From Octopus sinensis (Eukaryota), in NCBI RefSeq assembly GCF_006345805.1, contig NW_021829185.1:1-6860 (forward strand): 6,860 nt of DNA, read 5' to 3'. Positions 1 to 6,592 of this stretch are shown piece by piece. Numbering within the stretch: position 1 is the stretch's first letter; every line of letters begins with the position of its first letter. Under the pieces are notes generated by a model. It worked only from the letters and a program-made list of their open reading frames with translations. It did not search any database and had not been told where the DNA came from. A program made the translations under genes and the position numbers.

Positions 1-40
1 TACAATTAAAGGCCTTTAAAAACAAGTGCGTTGGAATAGA

Positions 41-136
41 CAGACAGATAGCATACACACGCGCACATGCATATATGCAGATATACATACCTTCAACTCA
101 TAGTCAACATACACATATATGTATGTGTATATCCTG

Positions 137-184
<48 letters not shown>

Positions 185-188
185 CATG

Positions 189-222
<34 letters not shown>

Positions 223-450
223 GTGTGTGGTGTGTATATATATGTGTATATATGTGTGTATGTGTGTGTGTGTGTGTATATATATGTGTATATATGTGTG
301 TATGTGTGTGTGTGTGTGCGCGCGCATTAGTTTCACTTTTCCAATCTTCGGAAGCAGTTTTAAGTATTGTGTAAGTGTTAGTGTATGTGTGTGTGTCTGT
401 CTGTCTGTCTGTGTGCGTGCGTGTGTGTGGTGTGTGTGTGTGTGTGTGTT
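41..450. repeat. Compound TA/TG/CA microsatellite field
   Basis: (TA)12 at 137-160, (TG)12 at 161-184 and (TA)13 at 189-214. Mixed TA/TG blocks continue to about 320, then TG/TCTG runs at 385-450. Confidence 0.97.
231..314. repeat. Perfect 42-bp x2 higher-order tandem duplication inside the microsatellite
   Basis: 231-272 and 273-314 both read TGTG-TATATATA-TGTG-TATATA-TGTGTG-TA-TGTGTGTGTGTG. The ORF track shows this as the repeated 14-aa unit CVYIYVYICVYVCV. Confidence 0.9.
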
Positions 451-529
451 CTCTAACTAATGCGTACGTGTGTATATGGGATTTTTTCCCCTTATACCGA
501 TCTCCAACTTTTTTGTAACTCTCAGAGTC

Positions 530-710
530 TATATTTGTGCGTATATATGTATGCGTTTATGTGTGTGTGCGTGTGTGTATGAATGTCTGTGTATGACTGT
601 CAGTGTGCGTGTGTGTTTGCTTATGTGTAATTGTGAGATTGTGTGTGTAACTGTCGGTGTACAAGTGTGTGTGAGTGTTTGTGTTTTTGCAGGTGCGTAA
701 ATGTGTGTTT
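530..710. repeat. Degenerate (TG)n-rich low-complexity tract
   Basis: Interrupted GT/TG repeats, e.g. atgtgtgtgtgcgtgtgtgtatg and gtgtgtgtgagtgtttgtg. Confidence 0.8.
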
Positions 711-1289
711 TCGGAATATACGTACACCATGGTTTATCGAGATGTCTCTGTGTTAAGTATATATTATGTGTGAACGAGAGACTAGTAAAATGTATCTCAG
801 CATACGTGTGTGATAATAAGTATCCGCAACTGCATCGGCTGCGCAATCGTTGCCGTTGAAACGCGCGTGGGCCCACGAAAGAATGCTGTAAATAACTGTT
901 TAATAAAATTATAGATGTGGAAAATGCCCCCTCTACCTGGTCCTTATTAATACTATTACGTACTCTACGGAAACTATGCAGTCCCGAGCAGGACACTCGG
1001 ATTTACTAAGCGAGAATAATTACTTAAGTCTAACAACTTACACCTAACTCAGGTATTATCAAAGGTTCGCTTATAGCCGTAGGAACCGCATGTCTATGCA
1101 CTGACGGGAAAGATAACCGCCCCAGAGTGAGCTAGATCACCATACTAGTCTAATTTCGCTTAGATTTAAAGGACATCAATGGCAACTACTCCATCGCTGC
1201 ATGATTTGTTTAAATCGCAGCTGCCAGTATATAGTATTAGCAAATTCCTCAGACATAATAATTAACTAGAAAAGCCAACTGACATCATG

Positions 1290-1798
1290 AAAGCCAACAC
1301 ACAGCGGTTTCTAAAAGCAGGAACTGCTATTCACTCTTTAATTCGAGGCAGGTAAACTCATTTCATATTAGGTTTAGTTTCGACCAAAATATCAATGAGC
1401 TCTTAGCATTTAGGTGTTAAATTTTCCCACGAAAATTGTATGCCGACGAGGTTTAATCTGAGCTTTACTGTGAGATAATCTCCACTTCGCTGGAGTTTCA
1501 GAATTTCCCTTTTCAATATGAATAGGACGATTTAATGTCGGTTGGTAGACATCTGTATCAATAAATAACTTACTATATTCATTAAAAGGAGCCATAAACT
1601 TAAGTCCCAAAGTGCCCTTACCCTAATAAATCGAATGTGCTACGAACGCAAATTCGTCTGAAAGAATTTGTTCTCCTGTGACGAAATACGACAGTGTTTC
1701 GTACATTCACATTCGAATGTACCAGAAGGTATTCAGAACGAAAACATGTACTATTGTTTGGTGGTGAAGTTTCACAGAAATCACTTGTTGAGGAAAGA
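1290..1798 (-). mobile_element. Probable distal part of the decayed hAT (Buster/Charlie-type) transposase remnant
   Basis: Minus-strand frameshifted fragments occur in the order expected for ZBED5/SCAND3-like transposases. They are FIRVRAL (1610-1630; cf. FIRARAL), LFIDTDV (1548-1568; cf. LLFHTEV), LFILKREIL (1499-1525; cf. LFELREEI) and FSWENLTPKC*ELIDI (1388-1435; cf. W..KLAYL.DIF). The RWLS motif is not recognisable. Comparison is to remembered consensus only. Confidence 0.4.
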
Positions 1799-2018
1799 TA
1801 AATTCGTTTCTACTCTAGGCACAAGACCCGAAATTTTTGGAGGGGCCAGCCGATTAGATCGATCCCAGTTCGCAACTGGTACTTAATTTATCGACCCCGA
1901 AAAGATGAAAAGCAAAGACAACCTCGGCGGAATTTGAACTCAGAACGTGAAGACGAACGAAATACTGCTAAGTATTTCTCTCGGCGTGCTAACGTTTCTG
2001 CCTGCTCGCCGCCTTTAT
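1799..2018 (-). mobile_element. tRNA-derived SINE, family 2 (central domain resembles Meta/MESC-type), full-length copy A
   Basis: The minus-strand head aaggcggcgagcaggcagaaacgttagc is A-box-like (1988-2004), with B box GAGTTCAAATT at 1931-1941. The central segment is tttgcttttcatcttttcggggtcgataaattaagtaccag. Direct repeats GGAAAGA flank it at 1792-1798 and 2019-2025. It is homologous to 2149-2323. Confidence 0.9.
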
Positions 2019-2148
2019 GGAAAGACACAGTGGCAAATGTTTGGGGTTCAGTACAGTCTCCCCATAGAGTATCAAAAGCAGAATTGAGTCCAATTCATGC
2101 TAATGTACCAGCAATACACATGCTTCGTAGCGTGTTCGAATTCATGTT
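2019..2148 (-). mobile_element. Middle segment of the decayed hAT transposase, between the two SINEs
   Basis: The minus frame reads NTLRSMCIAGTLA*IGLNSAFDTLW...FATVSF. SMCIAGTLA*IGLNSAF (2074-2124) aligns with the Buster/Charlie motif S-I-C-T-D-G-A-P-A-M-x-G-x-x-S-G-F. Joining across the SINE A TSD gives FATVSFLNK (cf. IATHCFLHR, the CxxH motif). Confidence 0.6.
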
Positions 2149-2323
2149 GCCAGGCAAAATACTTGGCGGCTTTTCGTCCGTCCTTATGTTCTGGCTTCAA
2201 ATTCCGCTGAAGGCCGAATTTGCCTTCCATCCTTCCGGGATTGCTAAAATAAGCACTGGGGTCGATATAGTCGATTTGGCCCTTCTCTTGACATTGCTGG
2301 TCTTGTTCCAAAATTTGAAACCA
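2149..2323 (+). mobile_element. tRNA-derived SINE, family 2, 5'-truncated copy B
   Basis: It matches the reverse complement of copy A at 41/51 nt over aaatactt...caaattccgc and continues through tttgccttccatccttccggg...tggggtcgat. The B box is degenerate (gcttcaaattcc) and the A box is absent. The 3' end differs (ccaaaatttgaaacc). Candidate TSD TCATGTT at 2142-2148 and 2324-2330. Confidence 0.85.
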
Positions 2324-2790
2324 TCATGTTAAAACAAATATTAGAGTTGGAGAATATCAAAAGCTTTGGTAATATCTGAAAATATTTCCGAAGATAAAAT
2401 CCTACCCTTTAAGTTATCATCGTGCCACGTGTCGGTATAATACAACTAAACGGTGCATGCTTAAGACGCCAATCGATTAATCCACTTGAATATTGATCTG
2501 ACATGGAGATCGATTCATTTCCTTTGACACTTAGGCAAGGGCAACCGCACTTCACTTCGTTTGTCCTCGATGCACTGTGACATTATTGGAGAGAAGAATC
2601 TCTTGACATTTCCTCTGCTACTTCTTGCCCGTTTTCCAATGATATTTGTCTTGATACAAATCCATGCCACTTCAAAAGAGGCATAAATGGGTTCAGTGAC
2701 AGAAGACTTTCTTCTCGATCTTCTCAGTTGTATTGGATACGTCTGCTTAGAAGTTATCCTCTCGGCTGTTCTCAGCAAACGTGTTTATCT
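2324..2790 (-). mobile_element. Decayed hAT (Buster/Charlie; ZBED5/SCAND3/FAM200-like) transposase remnant, N-terminal-proximal segment
   Basis: Collinear minus-strand motifs are broken by stops and frameshifts. They are ASFEVAW (2662-2682; cf. ASY/FEVA), QEVAEEMS, ILLSNNVTVHR (2567-2599; cf. IPLSNNTVSRR), IQVD*S (2474-2491; cf. IQLDESTD, first catalytic Asp), RLVVLYRHV (cf. QLLVFVRYV), DFIF, and EIFSDITKAFDIL (within 2341-2388; cf. EPL..TTKA.DIF). Confidence 0.72.
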
Positions 2791-2964
2791 TTTTTTATAA
2801 GGTCCTACAAAATTGTAAGCTTTAAATACAATTTGTACGTTATGCAGCAGCAAATAGAACATAAAAAGATACACGAATTACATAAGGTAAGGAGAAGACG
2901 CGACTTCGTTGAAACAGTCCTTCCCGCAAAGCAAATTAAATAAAATTTGTTATTTTTTGCGGAG

Positions 2965-3060
2965 GGGTAAAAGTGGTAACAAGAACAGAAGTAAGAACAA
3001 AACAAGACAGTAAAAACAGTAAAAGACAGAACAAAGAGAATAACACAGTGAAAACAAACA
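2965..3060. repeat. Purine-rich A-rich low-complexity tract
   Basis: Degenerate AAC/AAG/ACAGTAAAA units with few T or C, e.g. aacaagaacagaagtaagaacaaaacaagacagtaaaaacagtaaaagacag. Confidence 0.6.
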
Positions 3061-3210
3061 ATGAGGGTTGCTAAGCCAAGACGATGGAACAATTATTATG
3101 AACGCTTGAGGAGACGGCTTATGAGAGAGACAGGATAAGCGGTCTAGTCTTGAAGATAGCAGTTGGAAAGATGGCTTCCCTCTGATCACATGTCAGTGAC
3201 GAGAGAGTCG

Positions 3211-3379
3211 ATATATATATACATATACGACGGGCTTCTTGCAGTTTCCATCTAACAAATCCACTCACAAGGCTTTGGTCGGCCCGAAGACACTTGCCCA
3301 AGATGCTACGCAGTGGGACTGAACCTGACCATGTGGTTGGTAAGCAAGGCAATAGCCACAGAGCCACTCCTGCGCCTAT
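3211..3379 (-). mobile_element. tRNA-derived SINE, family 1 (CORE-like, octopus OR-type), 5' half only
   Basis: The minus-strand head is ataggcgcaggagTGGCTCTGTGG (A box 3356-3366), with B box GGTTCAGTCCC at 3315-3325. Next comes cttgggcaagtgtcttc, which resembles the start of the CORE domain. It is homologous to 5639-5748 and ends at the internal TA microsatellite, with no 3' tail. Confidence 0.88.
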
Positions 3380-3516
3380 ATATGTATACGTAAGATACAT
3401 AAGCATACTTATAAATAATATAATATATATATATATCCACTGATACGTGAAAAAATACATACATATGTATGTATGTATATATATATCTATATCTATATCT
3501 ATATCTATATCTTATC

Positions 3517-3547
<31 letters not shown>

Positions 3548-3618
3548 GCACACACACACACACAAATACATACATGCAAGAATAGATATGTATGTATATG
3601 TGAATAAATAAATTATTA
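3380..3618. repeat. Compound TA/TATG/TATATC/CA microsatellite field
   Basis: (TATATC)5 at 3482-3511, a (TA)n run at about 3517-3542, a (CA)n run at 3543-3563 and TATG repeats. Confidence 0.93.
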
Positions 3619-3998
3619 TCTCTCTATATATAACCGGCAGTTCTGTCTGTCGTGTTTCTTGTGTCTGTTTCTTGGTAAACCCTCACCCTGACCACGGACT
3701 TTCAACCGATTCTGATGAAACCTTTCACACACTAGCCAATGTCATAATCAAAACTAACGCAGGGAAAATTTTGAAAAGTTCCCCCAGTTCTGAAAAAAAA
3801 TCGATAAATTCGACATGGGTCGAGATTCAATAACACAAACCGAAACTGTCTAGGGGACGCATCCACCCTTTTTTTACTAAAAAAACAAAATTACCATCAT
3901 TTTTTTCCATTTTTTTTCTATTTTTTGGCTATAACTCTCTAAAATGCTTTATAGTTATTTCCCTTACAAACCTGAGCAACGCCGGGCGATACTGCTAG
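3619..3998 (+). mobile_element. Non-autonomous Helitron, apparently complete, 380 bp
   Basis: It starts with 5'-TC (tctctctatatataa) after A3618 and ends with CTAG-3' (3995-3998) before T3999. A GC-rich subterminal hairpin cctg-agcaacgc-cggg (3971-3986) ends 12 nt before the 3' end. There is no TSD and no coding capacity. These are the canonical Helitron terminal hallmarks. Confidence 0.82.
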
Positions 3999-4309
3999 TT
4001 TTAAATAAATAACATTTCTGATACTCCGAGTACCCGATTCAGGAAATTATACATCTGATGCAAATCGACATTTTTGACTGGTCTTTCAGCATTAGGTCAT
4101 TACAGCCCGGACTGGATGCTGTGAATTGGTTTCAGAATAAAAACAGTTAATAATTACCAAGGTGTTAATGATTAAGAGCAGAGATAAATACCCCCAAAGC
4201 ATGCAATATATGATGGCAGTCAATATAGCATGTGCTTTTATTTCTTATATGCGTCTTCACTAAACCGTAACTAAAAGCCAAATAAACAATCTCACTATCA
4301 AACATTCTA

Positions 4310-4640
<331 letters not shown>

Positions 4641-4704
4641 CATATAAATATATACATTCAATGTTACAAAAAACTATTAATTCACGTTCTCTCGATTGTA
4701 TAAT

Positions 4705-4955
4705 ACACAAACACACACACACACACACAGATATATACATATGACGTGTGGTTTATATATATATACATATAATATCGTAATATATATATATAGTATATAT
4801 ATCTACACAATGTATATATACATTTAGATACATATATAAATATATACGTATATATATATACATATATATACATGTATATATACACATATATGTGTAGTGT
4901 GTATGCGTTTGTGTGTACGCGTTTTTGTGTATGTATGTATGCATGTATGTATGTA
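4705..4955. repeat. Compound CA/TA/TATG microsatellite field
   Basis: CA run at 4711-4728, interrupted TA runs at 4754-4890 and TATG repeats at 4929-4955. Confidence 0.92.
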
Positions 4956-5089
4956 TGGCGCTATGATAGGAGACCAGTCTTGTGTACACGAGCTGTGTGT
5001 TTGAGGGCAACCAGCAAGTTTTTCTATCCAAAAGAGATTTTTCAACCTAATATCATGTGATATGCTTCCCCTCGAGTTCCAGTGCTCCG

Positions 5090-5128
5090 AAAACAAAAAA
5101 AAAAAAACAAAAGAAAACAAAAAAAAAA
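5090..5128 (+). repeat. A-rich tract
   Basis: aaaacaaaaaaaaaaaaacaaaagaaaacaaaaaaaaaa. There is no upstream AATAAA and no evident TSD. Confidence 0.85.
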
Positions 5129-5217
5129 CTCTATAAAACTCTTATATCGTCAACAACAATCCATTCTCCCTCGTAAGAATAACGTTTCTAAAATGGATAG
5201 AGGAAATTCGAAAGAGT

Positions 5218-5330
5218 ATTTTGGTCCAATGTTAGAACGCTAGTCGTATCTACAGACGCGAGTTCGAATCCCACGTGCAGCCTTCACCTTTTTCTATCCT
5301 AAAGAGGCTTTCGACCCAATATTTACCAAC
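5218..5330 (+). mobile_element. Degraded tRNA-derived SINE head (pol III A/B boxes)
   Basis: A-box-like TGGTCCAATGTTAG at 5222-5235 and B box GAGTTCGAATCC at 5260-5271, at tRNA-like spacing. It is followed by gccttcaccttttt, weakly similar to the family 2 central domain. I could not fold a full cloverleaf. Confidence 0.55.
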
Positions 5331-5347
5331 TAATATATGCATATATA

Positions 5348-5577
5348 TTCTTTTATTCCTTTACTTGTTTCAGTCATTTGACTGCGGCCATGCTGGAGCA
5401 CCGCCTTAAAGTGTGTTCGTCGAAGAAGTCGACCCTAGGTCTTATTCTTTGTTACCCTAGTACTTATTCTATAGGTGTCTTTTGCCGAACCGCTAAGTGG
5501 CGGGGACATAAACACACCAGTGACGGATACATTAATACACAAGCGATGGTGTGAGCGGAGGATAAACACAGACACAG

Positions 5578-5623
<46 letters not shown>

Positions 5624-5748
5624 AAATATATATATATAGGGCTTCTTCCAATTTCCGTCTACCAAATCCACTCCGAGGTGTGGGTCTGAACCCGGAATCA
5701 CGTGGTTGGAATGCAAACTTCTTACCACACAGCCACGCCTGCACCTAT
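5348..5748 (-). mobile_element. tRNA-derived SINE, family 1, near full length with internal (CA)n/(TA)n microsatellite and internal deletions
   Basis: The minus head is ataggtgcaggcgTGGCTGTGTGG (A box 5725-5735), with B box GGTTCAGACCC at 5682-5692. The microsatellite lies at 5581-5638. The 3' tail is ggcggtgctccagcatggccgcagtcaaatgactgaaacaagtaaaggaataaaagaa. It is homologous to 3211-3379 and flanked by TA-rich sequence. Confidence 0.9.
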
Positions 5749-5803
5749 ATATATATGCGCGCGCGCATGTGTGTGTGTGTGTATACGTATGCATGTATGT
5801 ATG
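5749..5803. repeat. Alternating purine-pyrimidine tract (TA)n(GC)5(TG)n
   Basis: atatatatgcgcgcgcgcatgtgtgtgtgtgtgtatacgtatgcatgtatgtatg, with (GC)5 at 5757-5766. Confidence 0.85.
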
Positions 5804-6129
5804 GAGTGCAATTATCAATTTTAAAATATTCTATTCCCTTGCGGTTTATTTAATTTCCTATCACTGATCTGCACTCGACTGAAGCTTTGTTCTGAAGCCT
5901 ATGTATCTATTGAGCTCTAGCACCAGGTTATTAGTGCCGCTATCTCTAATTGAAATAACAATATACACATAAGTGTCTTCAACGTAAAACTGGATCTCTT
6001 CCTGTCAAGGGTTCTAGGAAAGCCTACCTCACGGCAGGAAACACAGACGAGGGAGCGACATCAAACTCCCTCGCTGACTAAATTTGACATATCAGAGGAG
6101 GTTTCAAATGTTAGTGTAGCTCAGTCAAC

Positions 6130-6169
6130 GGTGGTGCTCCAGTATGACCGCAGCTTTGAAGCTGAAACA
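6130..6169 (+). mobile_element. Orphan SINE/LINE 3'-tail fragment related to the family 1 tail
   Basis: ggtggtgctccagtatgaccgcagctttgaagctgaaaca matches the reverse complement of 5366-5405 at 29/40 nt: 21/24, then 0/8, then 8/8. Confidence 0.75.
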
Positions 6170-6231
6170 TTTTTATAGATTTAAAGATGTTAGTGTATTT
6201 ATGCGTGCATGTGTGTGCAGCATCTATAACG

Positions 6232-6398
6232 CATAACGTAGCAAAAGTGAGGCGGAAGGGGCGGTCCGCACCGGAAGACACTTTTATGGGTGCGCAGTAT
6301 TTTTGAGCCTGCTATAGGCAACGTGTATTATCTGTGGGGGCCTGAAGGAGGCATATTGAAGGGCCACCCCGGTTGGCACACGCTCTAGCTATATTATG
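6232..6398. mobile_element. Degraded MITE-like non-autonomous DNA transposon (superfamily unassigned)
   Basis: Imperfect terminal inverted repeats: 6232-6249 cataacgtagcaaaagtg versus the reverse complement of 6381-6398 cataatatagctagagcg, 13/18 with a CpG-decay-type difference. GC-rich subterminal motifs are ggggcggtccgcaccgg and gggccaccccgg. The flanking 8-mers ctataacg and gcatagcg match at 5/8. Confidence 0.5.
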
Positions 6399-6410
6399 GC
6401 ATAGCGTACC

Positions 6411-6592
6411 TCTATATACATACATGTACAGATATATGCATGCACGAATATGTGTTTGTGTTTGTGTTTATCTGTCTGTGTCTGTATGGATGTGTGTGTG
6501 TATGTCTGTCTGTCTGTGTGTGAGCGTGTGTGTGTGTGTGTGCAAGCGCGTACGTGGGCGCACGCGTAGGTGTGAATGATCGTATGTATGTG
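6411..6592. repeat. Compound TA/TG/TCTG microsatellite field
   Basis: Interrupted TG, TGTT and TCTG runs at 6449-6543. Confidence 0.9.

Noticed and set aside
16-700. Several overlapping ORFs of 76-113 aa (poly-HT/YI/CV)
   Set aside because: They are translations of TA/TG repeats, which lack stop codons, and carry no coding signal.
1302-1314. CAGCGGTTTCTAA (and CAGTGTTTCG at 1692) resembling Charlie/Buster TIR starts
   Set aside because: I found no matching inverted partner or 8-bp TSD at the other end of the remnant. Short CAG-starting matches are expected by chance.
1270-1351. Possible 82-bp exon (KPTDIMKANTQRFLKAGTAIHSLIRG) ending in CAG|GTAAAC
   Set aside because: The acceptor has no polypyrimidine tract, the peptide is unrecognised, and it overlaps the putative transposase remnant on the other strand.
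1934-2332. 132-aa ORF (+) and overlapping 79-aa ORF (-)
   Set aside because: They run across SINE A, the spacer and SINE B, so they are chance open frames across a mosaic of repeats.
2680-2694. EPIYA pentapeptide (CagA/Pragmin-type phosphotyrosine motif) in ORF 2515..2778
   Set aside because: It overlaps the ASFEVAW motif of the degraded transposase. A 5-aa match in a non-expressed frame is coincidental.
2503-2943. Plus-strand frame ATG...TGA(2578-2580)...TAA that could be read as selenocysteine or stop readthrough (146 codons)
   Set aside because: There is no recognisable homology or SECIS. The opposite strand is better explained as a decayed transposase, and antisense frames of old coding DNA are often stop-poor.
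3061-3138. Short ORF MRVAKPRRWNNYYERL resembling the LINE RWxEYxExL motif
   Set aside because: It is only 25 codons, and no other endonuclease or RT motifs occur nearby.
5040-5128. A-rich tract as the poly(A) tail of a processed pseudogene
   Set aside because: There is no polyadenylation signal, TSD or recognisable coding sequence upstream.
5222-5295. Functional tRNA gene
   Set aside because: The boxes are present, but I could not form the acceptor and anticodon stems, so it is treated as a SINE head or pseudogene.
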